A DNA stretch of 64,000 nucleotides. Source: an uncultured Gammaproteobacteria bacterium. GTDB taxonomy: Bacteria > Pseudomonadota > Gammaproteobacteria > Pseudomonadales > JAHEGP01. Numbering within the stretch: the stretch's first letter is position 1; each line of letters starts with the position of its first letter. Positions 19,964 through 29,231 of the stretch are shown in pieces. The stretch lies in contig CAWEHR010000006.1 of the NCBI GenBank assembly GCA_963808975.1, positions 222,394 to 286,393 on the forward strand, written 5' to 3'. Made by a program: the position numbers and the translations under genes. A model generated the notes under the pieces. The model worked only from the letters and a program-made list of their open reading frames with translations. It had not been told where the DNA came from and ran no database searches.

Positions 19964-19985
19964 TATGTCAACAGTTGTCGACATA
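19964..19985 (-). promoter_or_regulatory. Candidate ArsR operator: imperfect inverted repeat TATGTCAAC-agtt-GTCGACATA in an AT-rich promoter region
   Basis: Read directly. 9-bp arms with 1 mismatch, 4-bp spacer, 30-50 bp upstream of the arsR ATG. Confidence 0.45.
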
Positions 19986-20141
19986 ATATGCCATCCGCCA
20001 GGCCCTGTGCGGGAGCTGGCCCCGCGGGTTTGACCGCCAATAAGAAAAGGCGCATATTTTTGTCCCATTGTGCGCAGGCATGGAGGGGGATGGGCGCCTT
20101 GGTGCCATTGAGCGGGTGAACTGTAATAACGAGGTAGTGTG

Positions 20142-21113
20142 ATGCTTGAAGCGATACTGTGGACCCCCGGGGGGGATGCACACCGCACCGGCGGCCCTGA
20201 GTTGATTGCCCAATGGCGCGAATCCGGGGACGGGCTGATTTGGGTCAACCTCGACAACAATGTCACGCAGCACGACATTCAGCCTGTGGTGCAGGCGTTC
20301 GGCTTGCACCCCCTGGCGCTGCAGGACGCGTTCAGGGATCGCCATCCGCCCAAGTTGGAGGTGTTTGACGAAACCACCTTCATCTTGTTGAAAGGGCTTT
20401 CGGCGGATGTCGACGAACTGCAGTATTCAACCATACAGTTGGCGATGTTTATTGGCCCGCGTTTTCTTCTCACGCGCCATTCGGCGCCGGCAATTAGCGT
20501 GGCCACCCTGAAACAGGACTTGGCCGTTAACGCTGGCCTGCTGCAGTCTGGTGTCGAGGGAATCGCTCTGCGCCTGTGCAAAATACTCAGTGGCCGCTAT
20601 TTGAAGCTGCTGCTCGATCTTGAGCCACGCCTGGCGCAACTGGAGGACGAGATACTGATCGATGCCGACGACGATATACTCGCTGAGTTGATTGGCAAAA
20701 AGACCGAGTTGAAAAAGCTGCGCCGGGTGTTCCTGTATCACCAGCAGATATTCCGCCAGCTGCAGAATCACGGGGAGTTTCCGGTCTTCAGCCAGCGCAC
20801 CCACGAATTGAACGATGTCTATGAGCAGCAGGAGCGGGCCAGCAGCCTGGCGGGGCTTTATTATGAATTGGCCTCCGACCTGGTGGAAGGGTACCTGTCG
20901 GTGTCTTCCCATCGACTCAACGAGATAATGAAAATTCTCACCATCGTCGCGTCAATTTTTATTCCGCTGACCTTTCTCGCCGGTATTTACGGTATGAACT
21001 TCGACAATATGCCGGAGTTACACTCGCGCATCGGCTATTTTGTGGTGCTCGGGATCATGGCGCTTATCGCCGTTGCGCTGCTGGTGTTGTTCAGGAAGAG
21101 GCGCTGGTTATGA
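20142..21113 (+). CDS. corA: CorA-family divalent cation channel
   Basis: C-terminal two TM segments with YGMNF signature. GAGG upstream of ATG 20142. Confidence 0.88.
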   Translation: MLEAILWTPGGDAHRTGGPELIAQWRESGDGLIWVNLDNNVTQHDIQPVVQAFGLHPLALQDAFRDRHPPKLEVFDETTFILLKGLSADVDELQYSTIQLAMFIGPRFLLTRHSAPAISVATLKQDLAVNAGLLQSGVEGIALRLCKILSGRYLKLLLDLEPRLAQLEDEILIDADDDILAELIGKKTELKKLRRVFLYHQQIFRQLQNHGEFPVFSQRTHELNDVYEQQERASSLAGLYYELASDLVEGYLSVSSHRLNEIMKILTIVASIFIPLTFLAGIYGMNFDNMPELHSRIGYFVVLGIMALIAVALLVLFRKRRWL

Positions 21114-21118
21114 GGCAG

Positions 21119-21142
21119 AAAAAAGCCGGGCACGAGCCCGGC
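21119..21142 (-). terminator. Rho-independent terminator of the RND operon
   Basis: GCCGGGC-acga-GCCCGGC stem-loop followed, on the minus strand, by TTTTTT. Lies 24 nt downstream of the RND permease stop. Confidence 0.7.
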
Positions 21143-21165
21143 CTCTGGTGCCTTGATGATACGCA

Positions 21166-24100
21166 TTACTCGGGCGGCGGGGTCGGGCCGCGGTGAACCT
21201 TTTCACGCAGGCCCTGCACCAGGCGGAAAAAGATGGGAACCAGCAGGGTGCCGCCGATGGCGGCCATGATGGTGCCGCCAAACACTGACAGCCCCAGGGA
21301 TATCCGGCTGGCCGCACCGGCGCCGCTGGCGATAATGAGCGGGAAGACCCCGGCAACGAATGCAAGGCCGGTCATCATGACCGGGCGAAAACGTAAACGG
21401 GAGGCCTCCACCGTTGCTTCGATCAGGTCCATCTTCTCGCGTTCACGCAGTGACTTGCCGAACTCCACGATCAATATGGCAGTTTTGGAGGCCATTCCCA
21501 CCAACAGCACCATGCCGATCTGGCCATAGAGGCTCAGCGGCTGCTGGTACAGCAGCAGGCCGATCAGCGCTCCGATCATCGCGATGGGCACCGAGAAGAT
21601 GATCGCTACCGGGGTCAGGAAGGACTCATACAAAGCGGCCAGGAAGAGGAAGGTGAAAAGCAGGGACATGCCCAGGGCAATCGGCGCCATATTGCCGGAC
21701 TTGCGCTCCTCGTAGCTGGAGTCGGTCCAGTCGTACTTGTAGCCGGGAGGCAGGTTTTTGGAAACCTCGGCCATGGCATTCATGGCGTCGCCGGAGCTGA
21801 ACCCACCGGGTGCATTGGGCACGCCATTGATGGTTGCGGAGTCGTAGGTGTTGTAGCGATACAACACGTCCGCACCCTGCTCAGGCAAGGTCTTTACCAG
21901 GGTCGCGACCGAAATCTGTTCGCCCTTGTTGTTGCTGACATAGAGGTTGGAAAGGTCGGCTTCCTCCTGCCGGAACTCGGCTTCCGCCTGCACCATGACC
22001 CGGTAGGTTTTACCAAACAGGTTGAAGTCGTTGATGTAGAACCCACCCATTTGTGTCTGCAGGGTCAGGAAAAGGTCGGAGATGGCCACCCCAAGGGTTT
22101 TTGCCTTGACCCGGTCCACTTCCAGCCATATCTGTGGGTAGTCGGCCCGGAAAGTGGTAAAGGCCCGGACGATTTCGGGCTGCTGCATGGCTTCCAGTAC
22201 CTGGGCGTTGGTGGTCTCGGATAGCTTCTGTGCGCCCTGGCTCTGGGTATCCTGTACCACGTAGGAAAAACCGGCGACGGCGCCCAGGCCTGGAATCGCC
22301 GGCGCGCCAAACACCAGGGCCTGGCCACCGCTCATTTGCGCGAACATGGCCTGGTACTTTTTCTGCAGTGCAAACTGGTGCTGCTCAGGGTCCTTGCGCT
22401 GGTCCCAGGATTTGAGCTTTGCAATCACCATGCCGGCATTCGATTGCAGCGCCGTGTTGAGAATGCTGTACCCGTTCACCGTCAACACCGTTTCAACCGC
22501 AGGGTCGGCCATCAGTGTCTGGCTGATCTGGTCCATGTAGTCACCGGTTCGATTGAGCGACGCCGCCGCGGGCAGCTGCACATCAACCATGAAAAAGCCT
22601 TTGTCCTCATTGGGAATGAAGCTGGTTGGCACCAGGGTAAAGAGGTAAAAGAGCAAGCCGAACAGGGCGCCGATCACCCCAAGACTGGCGACCACGTTAT
22701 TCGCCATCCAGCGGACGATGGCTACATAGGCCCGGGTGACTGCAGCAAACCCCTTGTTGAAGCCGCGAATCAGGAAGTTGGGTTCGCCGTGTCCCGCTTT
22801 CAGCAACAGTGAGCATAGTGCAGGGCTCAGGCTCAGTGCGTTGACCATGGAAATCAGCACGGAGATAACCAGGGTCGCGCCGAACTGGGCAAACATCTGC
22901 CCGGTAATGCCGGGCAGTAGCATGGTCGGCCCAAATACCGCCGCCAGTACCATCGACGTGGCGAAAATAGGCCCGGCGACTTCTCGCATCGCCTGCTCGG
23001 TTGCCGGTCTTGCCGCCAGCCCCTCGTCATGCATTATGCGCTCAACGTTCTCCACCACGATGATGGCGTCATCGACCACCACCCCGATGGCCAGAATGAG
23101 CGCAAACAGGGTGACAGTATTGATAGTCATGCCGAGGAAGTAGAGCGCTGCCAGTGTACCAATAATCGATACCGGTACCGCGATAGTGGGAATTAGCGTT
23201 GCGCGCACGCTGCCGAGGAACAGGTAGGTGACAAAGATAACCAGGATGATGGTGAAGATCAGTGTTTCGACTGTTTCGTCCAGTGATGCCTCGATGAATT
23301 CGGTCGTGTCATGACCGATAATGTAATCGACACCTTCAGGAAAATAGCCGGACAGCTCGTGCATTTTCTCTTTGACCGCCTCGGCGACGGCCAGGGAGTT
23401 TGCGTCCGACAGTTTGTAGACCGCGAGCAGAACGCCGGGTTTATTGTTGTATTCGCCATAGCCCTTGTACACCTGTGAGCCGAGTTCCAGCCTGGCTACG
23501 TCCCGCAGGCGCAGTATCGAGCCCCGCTCGTCGGCGCGCAGGATGATATCGCCAAATTCCTCGGCCGACTTCAGGCGCCCCTTGGTTTTCAGCACATACT
23601 GGAACTGGGTTTCGTCCGGGTTGGGAGGGCCACCCAACTGGCCCACCGCCGCCTGTACATTCTGCTCCTTGATGGCACCGAGGACCTGGCCCACGCTGAT
23701 TTTATTCGCCGCCAGCTTTATCGGGTCGAGCCACACCCGCATTCCGTAGTCGAGGGCGCCAATGATACTGGCCTCACCCACACCCTGCACGCGGCCCAGC
23801 TCCGAGGCAATGTTGAGGCTGGTGTAGTTGGAGAGAAAGATGCCGTCGAGGCTCTCATCGGGGGAGAACAGGCTGACCACCATGAGCATGTCGGATGAGC
23901 GCTTTTTAACGCTGACACCGCGTTGCCGCACTTCCTGCGGAAGTTGTGGCTCGGCGAGAGCGACGCGGTTTTGCACATCCACCTGGGCAAGGGATGCATC
24001 GACGCTGATATCGAAGGTGACCGTCAGCGTGTAGCTACCATCGCTGGCCGACTTTGATGACATGTAGACCATGCCCTCGGCGCCGTTGACCTGGTCTTCG

Positions 24101-24297
24101 ATGGGGCTGGCAAGGGCTTCCTTGACCGTTTCGGCGCTGGCACCGGGGTAGTTCGCCCTCACCACGATTTTGGGGGCCGAGATATCAGGGTACTGATCCA
24201 CTGGCATGACGAGCGCGGCGATGATGCCGAAGATGGTAATGAGGATCGATACTACCAGCGCAAAGCGCGGACGCCGGATGAAAAACTGTGGGCTCAT
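21166..24297 (-). CDS. RND efflux permease (HAE1, AcrB-like)
   Basis: 1043 aa. MSPQFFIRRPRFALVVSI N-terminus, 12-TM RND architecture with two large periplasmic loops. Confidence 0.93.
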   Translation of the reverse strand: MSPQFFIRRPRFALVVSILITIFGIIAALVMPVDQYPDISAPKIVVRANYPGASAETVKEALASPIEDQVNGAEGMVYMSSKSASDGSYTLTVTFDISVDASLAQVDVQNRVALAEPQLPQEVRQRGVSVKKRSSDMLMVVSLFSPDESLDGIFLSNYTSLNIASELGRVQGVGEASIIGALDYGMRVWLDPIKLAANKISVGQVLGAIKEQNVQAAVGQLGGPPNPDETQFQYVLKTKGRLKSAEEFGDIILRADERGSILRLRDVARLELGSQVYKGYGEYNNKPGVLLAVYKLSDANSLAVAEAVKEKMHELSGYFPEGVDYIIGHDTTEFIEASLDETVETLIFTIILVIFVTYLFLGSVRATLIPTIAVPVSIIGTLAALYFLGMTINTVTLFALILAIGVVVDDAIIVVENVERIMHDEGLAARPATEQAMREVAGPIFATSMVLAAVFGPTMLLPGITGQMFAQFGATLVISVLISMVNALSLSPALCSLLLKAGHGEPNFLIRGFNKGFAAVTRAYVAIVRWMANNVVASLGVIGALFGLLFYLFTLVPTSFIPNEDKGFFMVDVQLPAAASLNRTGDYMDQISQTLMADPAVETVLTVNGYSILNTALQSNAGMVIAKLKSWDQRKDPEQHQFALQKKYQAMFAQMSGGQALVFGAPAIPGLGAVAGFSYVVQDTQSQGAQKLSETTNAQVLEAMQQPEIVRAFTTFRADYPQIWLEVDRVKAKTLGVAISDLFLTLQTQMGGFYINDFNLFGKTYRVMVQAEAEFRQEEADLSNLYVSNNKGEQISVATLVKTLPEQGADVLYRYNTYDSATINGVPNAPGGFSSGDAMNAMAEVSKNLPPGYKYDWTDSSYEERKSGNMAPIALGMSLLFTFLFLAALYESFLTPVAIIFSVPIAMIGALIGLLLYQQPLSLYGQIGMVLLVGMASKTAILIVEFGKSLREREKMDLIEATVEASRLRFRPVMMTGLAFVAGVFPLIIASGAGAASRISLGLSVFGGTIMAAIGGTLLVPIFFRLVQGLREKVHRGPTPPPE

Positions 24298-24349
24298 GGT
24301 GCCTCCGTGACTTGTTGTTCTTTTTACCGCAGTTAACCGCAGTGAGCGC

Positions 24350-25492
24350 TTATTTTATTTCAACCGTGGTGCCCGCTTTGAAAGTGCCGGCTCCGTCTGC
24401 AATCACCCTGTCGCCCTCCTCGACGCCGCTGCGCGCGGCCCAGTCCTTGCCGTCGCGGGCGCCCACTTTGATGTTCCTGCGCTGCACGGTATTGTCCTCG
24501 TCGATCACCATCACGTAGTGTCCCTGCTGATCCTGGTTGACCGCTCGCTGGGGCACCATGATCCTTTCTATCGTCTTCTGGGCCTCGCCGATAATGGTGA
24601 CATTGGTTCCGGGCAGCAGCAGGCCGTTGGGGTTGGGGAACAGAACCCGGCCGGTGACGGTACCGCTTGAGCCCTGGCTGCTGTGGGACCAGTTTTCGAA
24701 CCTGCCCTGCTCGGGGTAGATATTGTCACCCGCCAGTTCCAGCTGTACCACAACCTCGGGTATTTCCAGGCCCTCGTCGGTCAGCTTCTGGCGAAACAGG
24801 GTGAAGTTGTTGTAGGTGCTTTGCTCGACGCTGGCGGTGGCGTAGATCGGGTCCAGCTGCACCAACTCGAATATCGGCGGGGAGTTGGGGCCTGACGGCA
24901 CGATCAGGTCGCCAACGGCATAGTTGCTTTTGCTGATCCGGCCACTGTAGGGCGCGTAGATTTTAGTGTGCTTGAGATCGAGCTCGGCCTGCTCCAGGGC
25001 TGCCTGGGCGCCGGCGATGGCGGCGGAGCTGGTGTCGACAAGGGCTTTTGCCTTGTCAAAATCCATCTCCGAAATGTAGCCCTGGGGGCGCAGCTTCTTG
25101 GCGCGCTCCCAGTTGGCACGGGCCTGGGTTGCACTGGCGTTTGCCGACTGCAACTGCGCCTTCGCGGCATTGACCGCGGCCTGGTACTTGGCGTCGTCGA
25201 GTTCCACCAGTAACTGTCCTTCTTCGACCACATCCCCGGGTGCAAAGTGGGTGGCTTTCAGGGTGGCTGAAATCTCCGGTCGGATGGAGGCACTCTGTAC
25301 GGCCTCGATAACCGCGGGCAATTCGAAGCCCGGGCGAAGGGTTCGCCGCTCTGCCTTGACGACAGAGCTGGCCGCAATCGGCCTGGCTAACGGCGCCGCA
25401 GAGGCGTCCGGCGCCGCCGGCTCCTGCTTGCCGCAACCGGTGGCCACTGCAGCAAAAAGACAAGCCGTAAAGAGCTTACAGGCAGGGTTCAT
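24350..25492 (-). CDS. RND periplasmic adaptor (MFP) lipoprotein
   Basis: Lipobox ATGC. Coiled-coil hairpin (QAAVNAAKAQLQSA...), beta-barrel C-terminus. Immediately upstream of the RND permease. Confidence 0.9.
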   Translation of the reverse strand: MNPACKLFTACLFAAVATGCGKQEPAAPDASAAPLARPIAASSVVKAERRTLRPGFELPAVIEAVQSASIRPEISATLKATHFAPGDVVEEGQLLVELDDAKYQAAVNAAKAQLQSANASATQARANWERAKKLRPQGYISEMDFDKAKALVDTSSAAIAGAQAALEQAELDLKHTKIYAPYSGRISKSNYAVGDLIVPSGPNSPPIFELVQLDPIYATASVEQSTYNNFTLFRQKLTDEGLEIPEVVVQLELAGDNIYPEQGRFENWSHSSQGSSGTVTGRVLFPNPNGLLLPGTNVTIIGEAQKTIERIMVPQRAVNQDQQGHYVMVIDEDNTVQRRNIKVGARDGKDWAARSGVEEGDRVIADGAGTFKAGTTVEIK

Positions 25493-25815
25493 TGGATAGC
25501 CTCCATGTGATGTTCCAAAAGTCGGATTACCTGGTGATTAAATGCCGGTGATTTGGGTCAAGGGTGTAGCCTTTGTTGATGTTATTGAGCCTTAATTTCC
25601 CGAGAGGAAATCGTAAACCATTGGCCCGCAGGTTGACAGCTTTGGCATCCATTTTCGGCCACGAAATAACCCTATTGTTTGGGGTATCGGTACCACAGCA
25701 TTAAGGGTCTGTGGTAATCTGATTCCGCGGCAATTCGCGGGCGTCGTATCTGGTGGTTGCGGTTGGCTGCGATTTCACTTAACCAAAAAATTTAAAAATA
25801 AACGTGAGGCAGAAA

Positions 25816-26376
25816 ATGAATAAAAAAGGAGTGGTTTGTTGGCTCGTCGGATTAGCGGTCGCAGTGGGCTTTGTGCTGCCCTTGCAGGCTGACATACCCA
25901 AAACCCTGGATATCGACGGAAATGCCCTGATGCTCAACGGCGAGGGCATGCGCAAAATGATGATGATGAAGATCTACAAGGGCGCCCTGTACCTTCCGGA
26001 AAAGAGCTCCGATGCCGCGAGCATCATTGCTGCCGACAAGCCCATGGCTATTCGGCTCGAGATGGTGTCCGGGCTGATCACCAGCGAGAAAATGGAGGAT
26101 GCAACCCTCGAGGGGCTGGAGAAAGCCACAGGCGGCAATATGGAGCCGATCCAGGATTCGGTTGACGAGTTCATCAATGTTTTCCGTGAGGAGATCAAGG
26201 AAGGAGATACTTTCGATATTGCCAATGTTCCCGGCAAGGGCATGGAGATCTTCAAGAACGGCACCTTGAAAAAGACCATCGATGGCGGCATGGACTTCAA
26301 AAAAGCCGTGTTCGCTATCTGGCTGGGTGAAGACCCGGTGCAGGAACCCCTGAAGAAAGGTATGCTCGGTAAGTAA
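25816..26376 (+). CDS. Secreted chalcone-isomerase-like (Chalcone_3) family protein
   Basis: Signal peptide. LNGEGMRKMMMMKIYKGALYL is typical of bacterial CHI-like proteins. Confidence 0.7.
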   Translation: MNKKGVVCWLVGLAVAVGFVLPLQADIPKTLDIDGNALMLNGEGMRKMMMMKIYKGALYLPEKSSDAASIIAADKPMAIRLEMVSGLITSEKMEDATLEGLEKATGGNMEPIQDSVDEFINVFREEIKEGDTFDIANVPGKGMEIFKNGTLKKTIDGGMDFKKAVFAIWLGEDPVQEPLKKGMLGK

Positions 26377-26447
26377 AGACCGCCAATCGGGTGGCCGTGG
26401 CTTGGCAACGCGGGGCGGTCACCGATGGCGGCATTTCTCGCACTCAG

Positions 26448-27290
26448 TCAGGCACGCAGTAAGTTGAGGCGAACGTCCACTGTCAGTTCAATCGAATCAA
26501 GCATGCCAACCCGTTGCTTGCCGATGGCGCTGGCCCGGTACAGGTGGGGGGTCATGGCGAGCACGTTTGCGATGGCGTCCTGTTCCAGCCTGGTTGTTTC
26601 GAAGCGCACTTCGCTGCACCCTGCGGGTCTGAAGCCGACAGCAATGGCGGGCTGCAGGCTGTTCTCCCGGTAAGGCCGCAGCGACTCGTAGAGTATGCTC
26701 CGCAACTGAATTAAATGGCCCGGCCCGGGTTCCACCAGCAGCAACAGGCCACCGGGTTTGAGGATGCGGGCGAACTCGGCATAGTGCGGGAAACCGAACA
26801 CGCTCAGCACCGTGTCGGCGCAATGGTCGGCCAGGGGAATCTTGCGATTGCTGGCTACCATCCAGGTCGCGGCCTGGGAGCGTGCCGCCAGTTGCATCGC
26901 CCATTTCGAGATATCGAAGCCAATGATAGCCGGTCTACCGCGGCCCAGTGCATGCTGTTGCCGGCACAACTGACCGGTGTAGTAGCCATCGCCACAGCCT
27001 GCATCCACCACCACCGAGCCTGCCCCGAGCTCCCCTTGCAGCAGGTGGCCCATAGTGTCGGCAAGGTGCTGGTAATAGCCGGCCTGCAGAAAAGCCCTGC
27101 GTGCCACCACCATTGCCCTGCTATCGCCCGGGTCCCTGGAACGCTTATCATTGGGGCTGAGCAAGTTAACATACCCCTGGCGGGCAATATCGAAATGGTG
27201 GCCGGCGCTGCATTGGAGGCCGGACCCGGACTGTTGCAGGGCCAGTTTATCGTGGGGGCAACATAGTGCTGAATGGTATAGGAAACTCAT
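26448..27290 (-). CDS. rlmA: 23S rRNA (guanine745-N1)-methyltransferase
   Basis: Zn-finger CPH..C..GH, ARQGYVNLL, KRSRDPGDS, ARRAFL, VVDAGCGDGYY; colinear with E. coli RlmA. Start at MSFLY (27290); the upstream part of the ORF is an extension. Confidence 0.88.
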   Translation of the reverse strand: MSFLYHSALCCPHDKLALQQSGSGLQCSAGHHFDIARQGYVNLLSPNDKRSRDPGDSRAMVVARRAFLQAGYYQHLADTMGHLLQGELGAGSVVVDAGCGDGYYTGQLCRQQHALGRGRPAIIGFDISKWAMQLAARSQAATWMVASNRKIPLADHCADTVLSVFGFPHYAEFARILKPGGLLLLVEPGPGHLIQLRSILYESLRPYRENSLQPAIAVGFRPAGCSEVRFETTRLEQDAIANVLAMTPHLYRASAIGKQRVGMLDSIELTVDVRLNLLRA

Positions 27291-27333
27291 CTCGGGGGCC
27301 GGTGGCAACATGCCGTTGGGATTACGCAAGGGC

Positions 27334-29220
27334 ATGATACGGCATATGACGAGGTGCCGCCGCATTGGCCTGTTGCTGGGGCTGGCGCTGCCAGCGGCTG
27401 CGTGCTGTGGCGAACAGCGGCAGCTGCTATGGGGTGACACCCACCTGCATACCTCGTATTCCTTCGATGCCTATGTCTTCAACAACCTTACCGCCGGCCC
27501 CGAAACCGCTTACCGCTATGCCCGGGGTATGCCGGTGGAGCACCCCTACCACAGGGCGCGGGTGCAGATTGCCGCGCCGCTGGACTTCCTGGTGGTGTCG
27601 GACCATGCCGAGTTCCTCGGCCAGATTCGCAACATTCATCGGCACGGTGTCGACACCACCGGGCTCGGGTTTCTGGCGAGCCTGAGGGCGCGTCTGGTCG
27701 CCTATTTCCTCAATCGCGCGATTGACAACGCCCAGGGGCCCTCCTTGTTTATCGAGCGATTGCCGGACCCCGACGTGACGCCCCTGGAAGCGGCGACGGC
27801 GGCCACGCTTGGGGATGACAGCGTCCGCCTGCTGCCGATGCCCGACCGGGTTGAAATCGACGCCTGGCGGGATATTACCGAAGCGGCGGATGTTTATAAC
27901 GAACCGGGGGTTTTCAGTGCCCTGATCGGCTGGGAGTGGAGTTCCATACCGGGAGGTGCCAATTTGCACCGGGTGGTGATTACTGACAGCGACGCCGGCA
28001 CTGCCCAACGGTTCAGCCCATTCGGCTTCGACGACAGCGCGTTTCCACAAGATTTGTGGGACTGGCTGGACACAACCAGTGCCGCGACCGGCGCCGCTTT
28101 CACCGCCATACCCCACAATTCCAATATTTCCAAGGGCATGATGTTTGCCGATACCAGCCTGCGCGGTGACAAGATCGATGCCGGGTATATTGCGCAGCGG
28201 GCGAGGTGGGAACGGGTGGTAGAGATTACCCAGATTAAGGGCGACTCGGAAACCCACTCACTGTTCTCCCCACAGGACACGTTTGCCGACTTCGAAAACT
28301 ATCCGTTTTACATCCAGCGCAAATGGACCCGGTACCAGCCGCGGCCGGGGGATTTTGTTCGACCCGCCCTGCGCCTGGGTTTGCAACTGGGGCGACTGCA
28401 GGGGCAAAATCCCTACCAGTTTGGCGTGATTGGCTCGAGTGATTCGCACACCGGTTTATCCTCGTTCGAGGAGAATAATTTTCATGGCAAAATGGCGACG
28501 GACTCGATTCCGGCCAACAAGCAAAGCCAGGTAATCAGTGACGGCCCCGCTGCCGATGGCTGGTCGATGTCTGCGTCCGGTCTCGCTGCAGTCTGGGCTG
28601 AGGATAACACCCGTGGCGCGATACTGGCGGCGCTGCGGCGGCGTGAGGTCTACGCAACCACCGGCCCGCGTATTGCCCTGCAGTTTTATGGTGCCAGTGA
28701 ACTGGGCGAGGACGATTTACAACGCCCCGAGCTGCGAGACCTTGTGGAGCGCGGCGCTGTGCCCATGGGGGGTGAACTCGGCCCACTGGATGCCGCACCC
28801 CGGTTTATAGTGACCGCTAGCAAGGACCCGATGGAGGCTAATCTCGATCGCATCCAGATGGTCAAGGGCTGGGTGGATGGGGCTGGCCAGACCTGGGAGC
28901 AAGTCTACAATATCGCCTGGTCCGGTTCGCGCACCCTGGCCGCTGACGGCAGTCTGGGGCCAGTGGGCGACACGGTTGATCGTCGCACCGGCAAGGTGGC
29001 AAATACGATAGGTGCGACCCAACTCGCCACGGTATGGCGCGATCCAACGTTTGATCCCAATCAGGCCGCTTTCTACTATGTGCGGGTATTGCAGATTCCC
29101 ACCGCGCGTCATTCCTTGCTCGATGCCGTTGCCCTTGGCCTCGAGGCCGCTCCGGGGCATCCCGATACCATTCAGGAGCGCGCCTACTCATCGCCGATCT
29201 GGTATCGACCGGGCGGGTGA
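27334..29220 (+). CDS. DUF3604-family protein (PHP-like metal site), lipoprotein, paralogue 1
   Basis: Lipobox AAAC. GDTHLHTSYSFDA, SDHAEF, IPHNSN, GSSDSHT, ERAYSSPIWY. Start ambiguous (27310, 27334 or 27346). Confidence 0.8.
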   Translation: MIRHMTRCRRIGLLLGLALPAAACCGEQRQLLWGDTHLHTSYSFDAYVFNNLTAGPETAYRYARGMPVEHPYHRARVQIAAPLDFLVVSDHAEFLGQIRNIHRHGVDTTGLGFLASLRARLVAYFLNRAIDNAQGPSLFIERLPDPDVTPLEAATAATLGDDSVRLLPMPDRVEIDAWRDITEAADVYNEPGVFSALIGWEWSSIPGGANLHRVVITDSDAGTAQRFSPFGFDDSAFPQDLWDWLDTTSAATGAAFTAIPHNSNISKGMMFADTSLRGDKIDAGYIAQRARWERVVEITQIKGDSETHSLFSPQDTFADFENYPFYIQRKWTRYQPRPGDFVRPALRLGLQLGRLQGQNPYQFGVIGSSDSHTGLSSFEENNFHGKMATDSIPANKQSQVISDGPAADGWSMSASGLAAVWAEDNTRGAILAALRRREVYATTGPRIALQFYGASELGEDDLQRPELRDLVERGAVPMGGELGPLDAAPRFIVTASKDPMEANLDRIQMVKGWVDGAGQTWEQVYNIAWSGSRTLAADGSLGPVGDTVDRRTGKVANTIGATQLATVWRDPTFDPNQAAFYYVRVLQIPTARHSLLDAVALGLEAAPGHPDTIQERAYSSPIWYRPGG

Positions 29221-29231
29221 TGTGCCTCGGT

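Noticed and set aside
25816-26376. The chalcone-isomerase-like gene looks more A/T-rich than its neighbours, suggesting horizontal acquisition
   Set aside because: The bias is explained by its Lys/Met/Ile-rich composition. There are no flanking repeats or mobility genes, and I cannot compute GC or codon statistics reliably by eye.
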